Assembly: GCA_964349515.1 (NCBI GenBank)
Contig: CAYGHG010000017.1
Span: 1-32,462, forward strand
DNA: 32,462 nucleotides
DNA from: an uncultured Spirochaetia bacterium
GTDB taxonomy: Bacteria; Oederibacteriota; PGYV01; CAYGHG01
Direction: 5' to 3'
Shown here in pieces: positions 1-10,247 of this stretch. The notes below the pieces were generated by a model. It ran no database searches, was not told the origin of the DNA, and was given only the letters and a program-made list of their open reading frames with translations. Position 1 is the first letter of the stretch, and every line of letters begins with the position of its first letter. Made by a program: the position numbers and the translations under genes.

Positions 1-94
1 GGTTAAAACTGCTTTTGAAAAGATAGGGTATTCGGTTGCTTCACTGTATACAGAAACTGTTGAAAATAAAAATATTTAATAAAAGGAGGAACGG

Positions 95-1216
95 ATGAAA
101 CTGAAAAAAGTTTTTGTTCTGGCTGTTGTGTTCTTGGCTCTGGTTTTCGGGCAGGTTATAGCAAGTGAGGCAGGAAAGACAACGGTGGGCGGGCATGTCA
201 GGCTTAAACTATATGATAATCCTACCGGCTGGAGCAGCTGGGGAGCGCCTTTTAACCTGACCACGAGCACGAAATCAGAAGACTATATGGGAATGGGTTT
301 TACGGGCGCTTACATATACCTCTCTCAGGATATAACGGACAATTTTTCAATAGAGCTTGTCCCGATAATTTCCGCAAGCACGGGCGCTACCCCTAAATTT
401 CACTCCACAATAGGGGCGCACGCAACGGCGGCGCCTGCTGTCAGTCTCGGAATTGACAAGGCTGTTATTAAATACAGGGCGCCTTTTGATATAGATGTGA
501 CATTTGGCGTCATGAAGCCCGTGTTTACAATGGACTATGGGCACGATATGTTCTGGGAGGAAGAGTATAACGGAGGCAAGTTTATCTGCAACCCAAAACT
601 CGGCTCAATGCACGACACCGGCATTGAAATATACAAGAACTTTGAAATAGAGGAAGTGTCATTGCCGGTTTATTTGTATCTGTTAAACGGGGATGATAAC
701 AGTTTTAAATACTATAATGACAGCAATAACCAGCCGCAGGGGCTCATACATATAGAGCCGGGATGGGGTCCTTTTAAACTGTCGGCATCGTTTACCGCCG
801 GAAGGCGTGACGCCAAAGAACTTCTTGGCATGCACAAATGGAGCCTCGGATTTTTGGTCAACTGGATGGGGCTGCACGTGAGAAGTGAGTTTGCCAAAGG
901 GAAATGGGAAAAATCTATTTCTAATTCGAGGGATGCTCTGACAGAAGGATATTACATTATGGCTTCCTACAAACCTCTTGAATGGCTCAGGGTATTTTTT
1001 CACCACGATTCCGTGCTGCATAATTTCAACGGTTTCTTTTTTACAGCACCCGGTGCGGGTGAAAGATACATAACGAATACCGCGGGAATCAGCATATTCA
1101 TTACAGAAAGTTCCATTCTTCAGTTCCAAGTGGATGTGGCTGACTGGCGCAGGCGGGATGATTCCGCGATACTGATATTCACGAGGCCGACTCTTGGGAC
1201 AAGAATAACATTTTAA
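95..1216 (+). CDS. Exported hypothetical protein, possibly outer-membrane/beta-rich. N-terminal signal peptide MKLKKVFVLAVVFLALVFGQVIASEA.
   Basis: 373-aa ORF with an AAGGAGG RBS 6 nt upstream of the ATG. It has a classic signal peptide and a Gly/aromatic-rich composition. I recognise no family motif. Confidence 0.55.
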   Translation: MKLKKVFVLAVVFLALVFGQVIASEAGKTTVGGHVRLKLYDNPTGWSSWGAPFNLTTSTKSEDYMGMGFTGAYIYLSQDITDNFSIELVPIISASTGATPKFHSTIGAHATAAPAVSLGIDKAVIKYRAPFDIDVTFGVMKPVFTMDYGHDMFWEEEYNGGKFICNPKLGSMHDTGIEIYKNFEIEEVSLPVYLYLLNGDDNSFKYYNDSNNQPQGLIHIEPGWGPFKLSASFTAGRRDAKELLGMHKWSLGFLVNWMGLHVRSEFAKGKWEKSISNSRDALTEGYYIMASYKPLEWLRVFFHHDSVLHNFNGFFFTAPGAGERYITNTAGISIFITESSILQFQVDVADWRRRDDSAILIFTRPTLGTRITF

Positions 1217-1231
1217 TAAGGAGGAACAAAC

Positions 1232-1768
1232 ATGAAACTTTTTGCAAAAGTATTTTTAGCCCTTGTTTTACTGCCTGCCGGGATTTTTTCGGCGCAGCTC
1301 ATAGAAGAAGAAACCGCGCTTAAGGATGCCTTTCCTGAAGGGTATAAGACATCTGCGGTAAAGGTTACTGTGGAGCATAAAAAAGATATCAATTCAAGGC
1401 TTGGAGATTCGGCTTTTTCTGACCTGAAAAAAGAAAGCGAATATAAGTTTTACAAAGGAAAAGAGGGAACAGCCATTTTGGAACATCACGCCGGCAAGTG
1501 GGGTGAGATAGAAGTGCTTGTGCTGATAGACACCGAGGGAAAGGTTAAAAACGTGGTGGTGCTTGCATCCTCTGAAAAGCGCGGCAGGCCCATAGTCATG
1601 AGGACTTTTTTAAATCAGTTTACAGGAAAGGTATTAAAGGATAAAATGGAAATAGGTAAGGCGATAAATGCAGTAACGGGCGCGACGATTTCTTCAAAGG
1701 CAGTTTGCCTGATGGTTAAAAGAGCCCTTGAAGTATACGAGTTAAGTGCGGTGGCCGATAAAAAATAA
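1232..1768 (+). CDS. Exported FMN-binding domain protein (NqrC/RnfG-type FMN_bind domain).
   Basis: Signal peptide. The C-terminal motif AINAVTGATISSKAV matches the FMN_bind S/TGAT(I/V)(S/T)S flavin-attachment motif. RBS AAGGAGG. Confidence 0.75.
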   Translation: MKLFAKVFLALVLLPAGIFSAQLIEEETALKDAFPEGYKTSAVKVTVEHKKDINSRLGDSAFSDLKKESEYKFYKGKEGTAILEHHAGKWGEIEVLVLIDTEGKVKNVVVLASSEKRGRPIVMRTFLNQFTGKVLKDKMEIGKAINAVTGATISSKAVCLMVKRALEVYELSAVADKK

Positions 1769-1786
1769 TATAAGAGGTGGTATTAG

Positions 1787-3574
1787 GTGAAGCTCAAGAT
1801 TTCGCTGGGGGCACAGACAGCCGTAATACTTTTTGCGGGAGTCATGCTGCTTGCCGCGGTATTGGTGAATTTCAACAGCAGTGCATACAGCAGGCTGGTA
1901 GAACAGAAATTCGCGGAAAAAGTAGTTACACTCGGCGAGAACGGGATTTACATGATAGAACCTTTTGTAAGGGCAGCCATGGAAAGGACTGACAGGCAGT
2001 TAAGGCCGGCCGAGCTTCAACAGTTAAACATGATTCTTGAAGCCGCTGTAACCCGAGAGGACATGCTTTATGCAGCTGTCAGGATTGACGGAAAAATTCT
2101 CGGAGTTTCAAGCGCCGACGGCAGACAGAATATCAGTATTCCTGAAACAGTGCAGCTTGAAAAAGACATGCTTGGGTACTTCGTTTCTGAAATCAAGGAG
2201 ATGAAGGGTACCGGTTATGAAATAAGTTTTCCGGTTGTTTATAAATCAAGGGACGTAGGGTCGATGTTGGTAGGGTTTGACAGGACAACAATAAACGCAG
2301 AACTAAAAAGAGTTTCCGGCCAGGCTGTCCTGATAGGGATGGCAGGTTCGGTGATTATGTCGCTGATTCTTGTCGGTTACATGCTTTTGAGAATAATAGG
2401 CCCTGTAAATACCGTCGCCAAAGTCGCCGATGAAATAAGCAGGGGAGAGGTCGGGGATACCATAAAGGTGATAAAGGGTGAGGATGAGATCGCCCGCATG
2501 ACGCAGAGTTTTGACGCGATGTCTAAATATATCACTGGTGTGGCCGCGGTTTCGGAGTCATTGGCGGTAGGCGAACTTACCGACAGATTTGAGCCAAAGT
2601 CTGACAAGGACGTCCTCGGCAATTCTTTTAAAAAAATGATCCTTTATATAAATGAAATATCACTTGTGTTAAGCGACATAGCCGCAGGCAACCTGCAGTC
2701 GCCTTTTAAACACCGCTCCGAGCGGGATCTTCTCGGCACAATGGTTATTTCAATGCTTGAGGGGCTGAAAGAACTTGTAGGCGCTATAAAACAGAGTTCT
2801 GACTCAATGGCGGGCTCGTCAAAGCAGCTTGCATCCATCGCGTCGGAAAGCCAGGCCACCATATCACAGCTTGCGGAAACAATAGCCAATATCTCGCAGG
2901 CCACAAGCGAGGCTGCAAGGAATTCGCAGACGGCTTCGGCTGCGGCGATGAAGGCTGAAGCCTCCGCCAGGGCGGGTTCGGAAAAGATGGACCTTTTGAT
3001 GGAAAAAATGGCGGCTTTAAGACAGTCCTCCGACCTGTCCAATAAGCAGATGGAAATACTCGGCAAACATTCGGAAGAAATCAAGAACATGGTATCCATA
3101 ATTGAATCGGTTGCCGATGAGACGAAGCTGCTGTCGTTTAACGCCGCTATAGAGGCGGCAAGGGCGGGTGAGGCAGGACGGGGGTTTGCGGTAGTAGCTG
3201 AAGAAATCAGAAACCTCTCTGAAATGTCAACGGCTCAGGCCAAGAAAATCAGCAGCAGGATAAAGCTTGTGCGGGATGACATTGCTGCTGCAGTTGGAAT
3301 CGCCCAGGAAAGCCTTAAAGAACTGACAGAAGGCTCGCTCCTTTCAGAAGAGGCGCATAAAAATTTTGCGGACATTGTAGCAAGCGTTGACGAGGCTGCG
3401 GCGCAGGTTGAAAACATAGCGGCATCCTCCCAGCAGATAGCCGCATCTTCCGAGGAGGCTTCCGCTTCTTCGCAGGAGCAGGCGGCGTCAATGGAAGAAC
3501 TAAATGCTTCTGCTGAAGAACTGTCTGCCGCCGCGGAACTCCTCAAGCAGATGACGGATAAGTTTACTACGTAA
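1787..3574 (+). CDS. Methyl-accepting chemotaxis protein (TM - periplasmic sensor - TM - HAMP - MCP signalling domain).
   Basis: GTG start immediately after an in-frame stop, with RBS AGAGGTGG. It contains the highly conserved MCP signalling core [35 protein letters not shown] and Ala/Ser/Gln-rich methylation helices. Confidence 0.9.
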   Translation: MKLKISLGAQTAVILFAGVMLLAAVLVNFNSSAYSRLVEQKFAEKVVTLGENGIYMIEPFVRAAMERTDRQLRPAELQQLNMILEAAVTREDMLYAAVRIDGKILGVSSADGRQNISIPETVQLEKDMLGYFVSEIKEMKGTGYEISFPVVYKSRDVGSMLVGFDRTTINAELKRVSGQAVLIGMAGSVIMSLILVGYMLLRIIGPVNTVAKVADEISRGEVGDTIKVIKGEDEIARMTQSFDAMSKYITGVAAVSESLAVGELTDRFEPKSDKDVLGNSFKKMILYINEISLVLSDIAAGNLQSPFKHRSERDLLGTMVISMLEGLKELVGAIKQSSDSMAGSSKQLASIASESQATISQLAETIANISQATSEAARNSQTASAAAMKAEASARAGSEKMDLLMEKMAALRQSSDLSNKQMEILGKHSEEIKNMVSIIESVADETKLLSFNAAIEAARAGEAGRGFAVVAEEIRNLSEMSTAQAKKISSRIKLVRDDIAAAVGIAQESLKELTEGSLLSEEAHKNFADIVASVDEAAAQVENIAASSQQIAASSEEASASSQEQAASMEELNASAEELSAAAELLKQMTDKFTT

Positions 3575-3720
3575 GACGAGTGTAAAGGTGTAAAGGTTTG
3601 AAGGTTTAGAACCAATATAACAGTTATTTTCACGAGGCTTACTTCCTGTTGACGGTCTTGCCCCGCAGGTGACGCCGGTGAGATTTGATTTAATAAGTTT
3701 TTACGGCCCAAAATTTCCAA

Positions 3721-3748
3721 TTGACAATAAAACCTAAATACATATAAT
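3721..3748 (+). promoter_or_regulatory. Consensus sigma70-type promoter: TTGACA, 16-nt spacer, TATAAT. It lies upstream of the TPR gene.
   Basis: Perfect -35 at 3721-3726 and perfect -10 at 3743-3748. The predicted roughly 55-nt leader contains an imperfect hairpin (GGGGATTGAG...CTCAACCC). Confidence 0.45.
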
Positions 3749-3804
3749 TAAAACTCAAAATAGAGGGGATTGAGCTTTCTCAACCCAAAAAACGGGAGAT
3801 TTCT

Positions 3805-5409
3805 ATGCGCACATTTTTTGTATGTATTTTTCTGTCATTTTTTCTTTCGCAGTGTCTTTATGCTTCGGGCTTTTTCGGTTCGGTTTACGGCGGCGCGGCA
3901 GCAGCTAAAATGGAGGGGTATAATTCCGGAATACAAAGCACAAACGAATACAATGAATCGCTCGGTGCGGGGCCTTCCCTAAAAAAGCTTGAGCTGTCTC
4001 TTGCCCCTGAAATCTCGGCAGGCTATGTTTTTGACACTCCTATAGGCGGCGCAGGGGTGTATGTTAAAAACTCAGCCATGCTGTTGTACGATGAAGGCAG
4101 CGCCGCATTATGGCCTGATAAAAAAACAGCCCACTATATCAAATCTGATTTGAGCGCTTTTTATTCCGCTCTCGGGATAAGGATAGGTTTCACGGGAGGC
4201 GCGCTGGCGGGTATTACGGGATATGCGGCGGCAGAAGGCGGGATATGCCACTACTATTCAAATTTTACAGAAGAAGAGACATATAAAGAAGACGGAGGCG
4301 TACTTTACAAAATCAGAAAAGAATGGAAGTTGGCAATACCGTCGGCGGCTGTTGAAGCGGGGGTTGAGTGGAAATTCAGCGGGAATATCGGGCTTGGAGT
4401 AAAGGGCGGCTACCGGTTTGCTTCGGGCAGGGTTCCGGTAACAGTAAAGAATATTGAAGGCTGGACAGGGCCGCTGTCAGGGGAAGACAGCGTTGATTAT
4501 TCGGGTTTTTACGCCGGTCTGGGGATGATTTTCAATTTTGAAGACGCGCCTGTCAGATTGGACCCGATGAAAGACAGCTCGTTTCCCGGTATTGCCGGGA
4601 TTTTGTATAAGGACGCTGAAAGTTATTACAGCGAAGGCCTCTATAGGCAGGCGTGGCAGAAAATATCAGAGGCAAGAAATGCCGCCCCACAAAACAGTAT
4701 GATACAGAGCCTGGCGCAAAAAATAGAGGAACGGCTCAAAGATGAGAACAGCGTGGAAAAAACAAGAAGGCTGATGAAAGAGGCGGATGATTTAAGGGTG
4801 CACGGCAGCTACAAACAGGCCGCGAAAAGATACAGTGAAGTGCTGAAGGCTGATCCCGAGAACACCCAGGCACAGTTTTATACTGAAGAGATGAAGAAAT
4901 CAGGGGAAGCTTCGTATCAGGCGGCGGCTGTACTGGTTAAAGAAGGAAACCTGACAAAGGCGCTTGAAAGCGCAAAAGCCTCTTCTGATTACGGGCATGA
5001 GCCGGCTGAAGGGCTGAAAAAGGATATAGAAGAGATGATAAAGAAAAAGAAAGAAAACAACAGGTTATTTAATCTCGGCGTTGAATACTACAGAAAGGGC
5101 GATTATAAAAATGCGGCTCTGAGTTGGGACGCAGTGCTGAAATCAGACCCGTCAGACGCGGAGGCTGCGGACAATCTAAAGAAAGCCTGGAAAAAAATAG
5201 ACGAAAATTCCGGGCAGGAGGCAAAAAGCGAGGCGCTTGCCGCGAAAGAAGCTGCGGAATGCTTCAAACTCGGTGATTTTAACTGCGCTTCGGGCAAGTG
5301 CGGTTATGCGCTCAGGCTCAACCCGGACAACAAAGAATGCGCGGCAATGCTGGAGGAAATAAAGGCAGCGGAGTTGAAAACTGAGGCGGAGAAACTGAAT
5401 AAGAGGTAG
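3805..5409 (+). CDS. Exported protein with an N-terminal beta-rich (OM beta-barrel-like) half and C-terminal TPR repeats.
   Basis: Signal peptide. It has Gly/Tyr-rich alternating segments. The C-terminal region shows TPR-like repeats (YYRKGDYKNAALSWDAVLKSDPSDAEA; ECFKLGDFNCASGKCGYALRLNPDN). Confidence 0.65.
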   Translation: MRTFFVCIFLSFFLSQCLYASGFFGSVYGGAAAAKMEGYNSGIQSTNEYNESLGAGPSLKKLELSLAPEISAGYVFDTPIGGAGVYVKNSAMLLYDEGSAALWPDKKTAHYIKSDLSAFYSALGIRIGFTGGALAGITGYAAAEGGICHYYSNFTEEETYKEDGGVLYKIRKEWKLAIPSAAVEAGVEWKFSGNIGLGVKGGYRFASGRVPVTVKNIEGWTGPLSGEDSVDYSGFYAGLGMIFNFEDAPVRLDPMKDSSFPGIAGILYKDAESYYSEGLYRQAWQKISEARNAAPQNSMIQSLAQKIEERLKDENSVEKTRRLMKEADDLRVHGSYKQAAKRYSEVLKADPENTQAQFYTEEMKKSGEASYQAAAVLVKEGNLTKALESAKASSDYGHEPAEGLKKDIEEMIKKKKENNRLFNLGVEYYRKGDYKNAALSWDAVLKSDPSDAEAADNLKKAWKKIDENSGQEAKSEALAAKEAAECFKLGDFNCASGKCGYALRLNPDNKECAAMLEEIKAAELKTEAEKLNKR

Positions 5410-5492
5410 TCAAATATGAATGCTGCGTCCGATTACGGTTGCGCTATTTTGTTAAAACAGTTAGAATACAGAAAAATTCAAGGAGGTGTTTT

Positions 5493-6335
5493 ATGGCATC
5501 AGATGAGATTTATGAATTGAAAAGGATTTTAAGCAAGGTCCCGAAATCTGTTATGGCGGGCATTATCACGGTAGGTGTTCTGATTATGCTGCAGCCTTGG
5601 GCCATGGTGGGTGCGGGTGAAAGGGGCGTTGTTTTAAATTTTGGCGCAGTAAGCCCGGTAGTGCTTGACGAAGGGCTGCATTTCAGAATACCTATAATGC
5701 AGAGAGTAATATCGATGGATGTAAAGGTGCAAAAAGCAGTTACGGATACAATCGCGGCTTCTTCCGACCTGCAGGATGTTACTTCAACGATTGCCCTGAA
5801 CTATCATTTGATTCCCGATCAGGCAAATGTGGTGTATCAGAATCTCGGGGTTTCTTTCAAAGAGAGGATAATTGATCCTGCCATACTTGAAGTTGTGAAA
5901 GCGGTCACTGCGAGATATACAGCCGAAGAACTGATCACGAAAAGGCCCCAGGTCAGTGAAGAGATGAGGGCAAATTTAAGCGACAGGCTTAAAGCGTATG
6001 ACATAGCTGTAAATGCTTTTTCTATAGTATCATTCAGTTTTTCCAAAGTCTTTACTGAAGCGATAGAATCAAAGCAGACTGCCGAACAGCTTGCGTTAAA
6101 GGCAAGGCGCGACCTTGACAGGATAAGAATTGAAGCTGAACAGAAAATAACAACCGCCAAGGCTGAAGCAGAGTCATTAAGACTGCAGAGGGCAAATATT
6201 TCGCCTGACCTCATTGAGCTAAGAAGGATTGAGGCTACTTTAAAAGCAATTGAAAAATGGAACGGCATAATGCCTAACGTTACCGGCGCCGGAACAGTGC
6301 CGTTTATAGGAGTAGGGGACGAAAAGAGAAGGTAA
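5493..6335 (+). CDS. SPFH/Band-7 (prohibitin/HflC-like) membrane protein.
   Basis: Start chosen at the ATG preceded by AAGGAGGTG. The ORF track's upstream ATG at 5439 has no RBS. TM helix, then the SPFH core GERGVVLNFGAVSPVVLDEGLHFRIPIMQRVISMDVKVQ, then a C-terminal coiled coil. Confidence 0.85.
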   Translation: MASDEIYELKRILSKVPKSVMAGIITVGVLIMLQPWAMVGAGERGVVLNFGAVSPVVLDEGLHFRIPIMQRVISMDVKVQKAVTDTIAASSDLQDVTSTIALNYHLIPDQANVVYQNLGVSFKERIIDPAILEVVKAVTARYTAEELITKRPQVSEEMRANLSDRLKAYDIAVNAFSIVSFSFSKVFTEAIESKQTAEQLALKARRDLDRIRIEAEQKITTAKAEAESLRLQRANISPDLIELRRIEATLKAIEKWNGIMPNVTGAGTVPFIGVGDEKRR

Positions 6336-6398
6336 ATGAAGTTTAAAAATTAAAAGCTTAAAATTTACGGATTAGTGTAAATTAAAGCATATAAAGAA

Positions 6399-6426
6399 AA
6401 AGGCCCGTAAAGCGGGCTTTTTTCTT
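6399..6426 (+). terminator. Rho-independent terminator after the SPFH gene.
   Basis: GC stem GCCCG / CGGGC (6403-6407 / 6412-6416) with a 4-nt loop, followed by TTTTTTCTTT. Confidence 0.6.
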
Positions 6427-6440
6427 TATGGGAGGTTTTA

Positions 6441-6947
6441 ATGAAAGAGATAAAGGTAAAGCTTGAGGAAAAAGATTACAGGCAGTTTCTTTTTTACCAT
6501 ATGTACCGCGGTTTTAAGGGCAAAGTGAAACTTGCCATACCATTTATACTGATTCCTGTCATGTATGCTTCTCTGGTACAGAGCGGCAGGACGGAAAATA
6601 TGGATTCACTGCTGATTGTCTCACTGATTGCAGTCGTGTATACCGCATTTCTGCCTGTGTTAATTATGTTTATATCAAAGAAAACATACAATAAATCCGA
6701 ACAGTTGAGGCAGGAGGCTTTTTATGATTTTACGGCTGAGGGGCTTAAAATCCGGGGCGCGGCATTTACAGGAACCGCAGGGTGGGGCAAGTTTCACGCG
6801 GCCGGAATTACCGATAAGGCTGTATATATGTACACTTCCGCCCGAAAGGCACTGATTCTGCCTCTGCGTTTTTTTGACGAGGATTATGCGAAGGAGGTTG
6901 TGAAACTGGTGCGGGAGAATATGGGGAAAAAGGTCATGGGAAGGTGA
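6441..6947 (+). CDS. Small membrane protein, YcxB-like (two N-terminal TM helices plus a C-terminal soluble domain).
   Basis: RBS GGGAGG. Its stop overlaps the next gene's GTG start (GTGA). Confidence 0.5.
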   Translation: MKEIKVKLEEKDYRQFLFYHMYRGFKGKVKLAIPFILIPVMYASLVQSGRTENMDSLLIVSLIAVVYTAFLPVLIMFISKKTYNKSEQLRQEAFYDFTAEGLKIRGAAFTGTAGWGKFHAAGITDKAVYMYTSARKALILPLRFFDEDYAKEVVKLVRENMGKKVMGR

Positions 6948-7687
6948 AAGGTAAAACAGTAATAGTAACAGGCGCCGCGCAGGGTATAGGGCTGTGTATG
7001 GCGGGGTACTTTTCAGAGATGTCAATGAACGTAATAGCAACTGACATTGATAATGCTGCGATAAAAGAAGCAACAGTGTCTTTTCCAAAAATAAGGTTTG
7101 TCAAGACTGACAATGCGGACGAGAAGGCAATAGTAAAATGCGTTAAGTATGCAGCCGAAGAATTTGGAACCATAGACTGCCTTGTAAACAATGCCGGCAT
7201 CGGGATTAACAAGCCTGTTACTGAGATGAAATTGAAAGAATGGGAGCGCGTGATGTCGGTTAACGTTACCGGAGCAATGCTCTGGGTGAAATACTGCGCG
7301 CCTTATCTAAAGGCTTCAAAGGGCGCTGTGGTAAACATCGCGTCAACGCGGGCCCTTATGTCGGAAAAAAATACAGAGGCATACTCTGCGTCAAAAGGCG
7401 CGGTCTTAAGCCTGACTCACGCACTGGCCGTCAGCCTGGGCCCGGATATCAGGGTTAATGCCATCAGCCCGGGATGGATAGAAGTATCTGAATGGAAAAA
7501 GAAATCAGATGCAAAACAGCCGGCACACAGCGAATCCGACAAAAACCAGCACCCCGCAGGCAGAGTGGGCGTCCCGCAGGATATTGCGCACCTCGCATAT
7601 TATCTGTTAACAGATAAGGCGGGTTTCATAACCGGCCAGAATTTCACCGTGGACGGCGGTATGACGGTTAAGATGATTTATGAATGA
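6944..7687 (+). CDS. SDR-family oxidoreductase (FabG-like short-chain dehydrogenase).
   Basis: TGAAQGIG Rossmann motif, NNAG, catalytic S...YSASK, and the PG motif. GTG start overlaps the upstream stop. Confidence 0.9.
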   Translation: MKGKTVIVTGAAQGIGLCMAGYFSEMSMNVIATDIDNAAIKEATVSFPKIRFVKTDNADEKAIVKCVKYAAEEFGTIDCLVNNAGIGINKPVTEMKLKEWERVMSVNVTGAMLWVKYCAPYLKASKGAVVNIASTRALMSEKNTEAYSASKGAVLSLTHALAVSLGPDIRVNAISPGWIEVSEWKKKSDAKQPAHSESDKNQHPAGRVGVPQDIAHLAYYLLTDKAGFITGQNFTVDGGMTVKMIYE

Positions 7688-7693
7688 TAAAAT

Positions 7694-7760
7694 AAGCCAA
7701 TAAGACAGAAAAGATAAGTAAGAAAAAACCGGTACTTTTAAACTTTTGTCTTATTGGCTT
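7694..7760. repeat. Inverted repeat with 14-bp perfect stems (AAGCCAATAAGACA / TGTCTTATTGGCTT) and a 39-nt loop, between convergent genes.
   Basis: Arms at 7694-7707 and 7747-7760 are exact reverse complements. The repeat sits between the SDR stop (7687) and the response-regulator stop (7777). The loop is too long for a canonical intrinsic terminator. Confidence 0.4.
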
Positions 7761-7776
7761 TTATGAACTTGCCTGA

Positions 7777-8151
7777 CTACTGCGCCCTCCCCCCTCCTAA
7801 CTGTGTAATGACCGACGTCAGCTTTGTTATGCCCCTTGCTTTTGTGAGAAACGCGGAAGCGCCTGTTTCCATCATTTTTCTTTCAAGCCAGGGTTCTTCG
7901 GACTGGGCGAAAATCACTACAGGTATTGCCGAGGTCGTGATGTTCTGTTTTAACTCCCTTAAAGTTTCTTCGCCGTCCATACCGGGCATTTCGTTATCAA
8001 GGAGTATCACGTCGGGCTTTTCTCTTCTTGCTTTTTCGATTCCGTCAACTGCGTTAGTAGCCGGCACAAGTTCAAGCCCCGGAATGTGCCGTAAGTAGAT
8101 TGAAACCATCCTGATCAGCATAGGTGAGTCGTCAATGTAGAGTACCTTCAT
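7777..8151 (-). CDS. Single-domain CheY-like response regulator (receiver domain only).
   Basis: Start set at MKVLYIDDS, preceded by GGAGGGGG. The track's longer ORF has no RBS. It has the receiver hallmarks DD, the phospho-acceptor D in ILLDNEMPGMDG, T and K. Confidence 0.85.
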   Translation of the reverse strand: MKVLYIDDSPMLIRMVSIYLRHIPGLELVPATNAVDGIEKARREKPDVILLDNEMPGMDGEETLRELKQNITTSAIPVVIFAQSEEPWLERKMMETGASAFLTKARGITKLTSVITQLGGGRAQ

Positions 8152-8365
8152 TCTTACCCCCTCCGGCAGAAGACGCTGCAGAGCAAAAAACATACAATTG
8201 CCGTTTTTATTTTGTAACCGTCAAGAATAAACCGCCCTTGCAGAGTTTATACACTATAAACGCGGATAAGTCAAAGTTTTCGCTGATTTCGCCTTAAATA
8301 TCAGGGGAAAAAGGGTTTGGCGGATGTATCGCAAACCGCTGTGCCGGTATTAACCCAATCTTAAT

Positions 8366-8417
8366 TTGACTTAGTGCGCGGCTGTCTGATAATATATTAC
8401 TGTTCGGTAATATATTA
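8366..8417 (+). promoter_or_regulatory. arsR promoter (TTGACT, 18-nt spacer, TAATAT) with an overlapping perfect palindromic operator TAATATATTAC-TGTTCG-GTAATATATTA.
   Basis: 11-bp perfect inverted arms (8390-8400 / 8407-8417) overlap the -10 region just upstream of arsR. This is a typical ArsR/SmtB autoregulatory site. Confidence 0.5.
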
Positions 8418-8429
8418 AAGAGGTGGTAT

Positions 8430-8726
8430 ATGTCAGATGAATTGAAAGTTTTTAAGGCTTTAGGAGATAAGACAAGGCTGAAGATCATGAGAATGCTTCT
8501 GTCCGCCGGTGAGGTATGTGTATGTAAAATAATGTCATCGCTAAAACTCAATCAGGCTGCCGTGTCAAAAGCCCTTGGCGTGCTGAAAAGGGCCGGGCTT
8601 GTAAAAAAAAGGCGGGACGGCAGGTGGATGCATTACAGCATCGTACGGGGCGGCGGCCTTGCCTCAAAAGTCTGCGGGCTCATTGAAGCTGATAAAAAAT
8701 CAAAAAATAAGATGAGGTGTATGTGA
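8430..8726 (+). CDS. arsR: ArsR/SmtB-family metalloregulator with the canonical As(III)-binding CVC motif.
   Basis: wHTH with ELCVCDL-type site GEVCVCKIM and recognition helix [17 protein letters not shown]. It is the first gene of an arsR-acr3-arsC operon. Confidence 0.9.
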   Translation: MSDELKVFKALGDKTRLKIMRMLLSAGEVCVCKIMSSLKLNQAAVSKALGVLKRAGLVKKRRDGRWMHYSIVRGGGLASKVCGLIEADKKSKNKMRCM

Positions 8727-9790
8727 TGGAAAGAAGGCTTTCATTTGTTGACAGGTATCTTACTCTCTGGATTTTTCTGGCTATCGGCGCGGGAATACTG
8801 CTGGGCTTTTATGTCCCGCAGATATCAGAATCTATAAATTTGATGCAGATAGGCTCAACTTCGGTGCCTATTGCCATAGGCCTTATTCTCATGATGTACC
8901 CGCCTCTCGCAAAAGTAAAGTATGAAAAAATGGGGGAGGTTTTTCACAACAAAAAACTTCTCATATTCTCGCTGATACAAAACTGGATAGTGGGGCCTTT
9001 TGTGATGTTCGGTCTGGCGGTGTTATTCCTGCGCGATTACCCCGAATACATGGTCGGAGTCATACTGGTGGGTCTTGCGCGCTGTATCGCCATGGTAATT
9101 GTATGGAACGACCTGGCGCAGGGCGACAGGGAGCTCGGCGTGGGGCTGGTTGCTTTTAATGCAATAGCGCAGGTGTTATTTTATGCAGTGTATATCTGGT
9201 TCTTTGTTTCATTTCTTTTAAACGCGCTCGGCCTTGCAGAAGGAATGAATGTGCATATTTCAATATGGGAATCGGCAAAAATTGTTTTAGTATATCTGGG
9301 AATTCCGTTCGCGGCCGGCACTGTGACAAGGTACTCGCTTATGAAAGCAAAGGGCGCCGAATGGTATGAAAAGGTTTTTATACCAAAAATCAGCCCGATT
9401 ACACTCATTGCCCTGCTTTTCACGATAGTAGTAATGTTTTCTCTCAAGGGCGAGTACATAGTCAGGAAACCGCTTGATGTTTTGATTGTTGCCGTTCCGA
9501 TGATTTTTTATTTCCTGATAATGTGGTTCGGAACTTTCTTTATCGCAAAGGCTTTGGGTGCCGGGTATAAGCAGACGGTAACGGTGGCTTTTACCGCCGC
9601 AGGCAATGATTTTGAACTTGCGATAGCGGTTGCCATAGCAATTTTTGGCATAGCCTCTCATCAGGCTTTCGCGACCGTAATAGGCCCGCTTGTAGAGGTG
9701 CCGATTCTCGTACTTCTTGTAAATGCGGCTTTTGCGATGAAAAAACTATTCAAGGAAAATCAACCGCAGGTTAACCAAAAATTAACATAG
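8726..9790 (+). CDS. acr3: ACR3-family arsenite efflux carrier.
   Basis: About ten TM helices. The N-terminal region [25 protein letters not shown] is typical of the ACR3/ArsB(ACR3) family. The ATG overlaps the arsR stop (TGATG), with RBS GAGGTG 7 nt upstream. Confidence 0.88.
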   Translation: MERRLSFVDRYLTLWIFLAIGAGILLGFYVPQISESINLMQIGSTSVPIAIGLILMMYPPLAKVKYEKMGEVFHNKKLLIFSLIQNWIVGPFVMFGLAVLFLRDYPEYMVGVILVGLARCIAMVIVWNDLAQGDRELGVGLVAFNAIAQVLFYAVYIWFFVSFLLNALGLAEGMNVHISIWESAKIVLVYLGIPFAAGTVTRYSLMKAKGAEWYEKVFIPKISPITLIALLFTIVVMFSLKGEYIVRKPLDVLIVAVPMIFYFLIMWFGTFFIAKALGAGYKQTVTVAFTAAGNDFELAIAVAIAIFGIASHQAFATVIGPLVEVPILVLLVNAAFAMKKLFKENQPQVNQKLT

Positions 9791-9823
9791 GCCTGTTATG
9801 ATTTATAAAAACGGAGGTGAAGT

Positions 9824-10243
9824 ATGAATAAGGTGCTTTTTGTATGTATTCACAACAGCGCTCGCAGCCAGATGGCAGAGGCGTATCTAAACAAATTTGG
9901 AGAGGGAAAAGCAACTGCCGAGAGCGCGGGGCTTGAACCTGGAAATCTGAACCCGCTTGTCGTTAAGGTGATGGCAGAAGACGGAATAGACATATCAGGA
10001 AATAAAACCAAGAGTGTCTTTGATTTCTTCAAAGAAGGCAGGCTCTTCTCGCACGTTGTAGCGGTTTGCGACGCCGAAGCTGCAGAACGCTGCCCTATAT
10101 TCCCCGGAACAGGCAAAAAACTTCACTGGCCTTTTAAGGACCCGTCAAAAGCCGAAGGGACGGAAGAAGAAAAACTCGTTCAGATACGGGCGATAAGGGA
10201 TGAAATCAGGGAAAAGGTAAAAGAGTTTCTGGCAACGCTGTAA
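9824..10243 (+). CDS. arsC: Arsenate reductase, thioredoxin-coupled LMW-PTP type.
   Basis: N-terminal P-loop VLFVCIHNSARSQMAEA (CX5R(S/T) with catalytic Cys) plus downstream Cys residues (VCDAEAAERC), as in B. subtilis-type ArsC. RBS GGAGGTG. Confidence 0.9.
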   Translation: MNKVLFVCIHNSARSQMAEAYLNKFGEGKATAESAGLEPGNLNPLVVKVMAEDGIDISGNKTKSVFDFFKEGRLFSHVVAVCDAEAAERCPIFPGTGKKLHWPFKDPSKAEGTEEEKLVQIRAIRDEIREKVKEFLATL

Positions 10244-10247
10244 GTTA

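Noticed and set aside
2377-3720. Minus-strand ORFs 2377-2622, 2644-3099 and 3235-3720 in the track (81-161 aa).
   Set aside because: They lie entirely antisense to the well-supported MCP gene. They have low-complexity Ala/Ser-rich translations typical of antisense frames of helical coiled-coil genes. They have no RBS.
5439-5492. Track's upstream start for the SPFH gene (5439) and upstream starts for the adaptor (31004), rhodanese 1 (12173), the response regulator (8193), sufC (12103) and MauE-like (18162).
   Set aside because: In each case a downstream ATG has a much better Shine-Dalgarno sequence, and the upstream codon lies within the neighbouring gene or the RBS itself. The shorter models were used.
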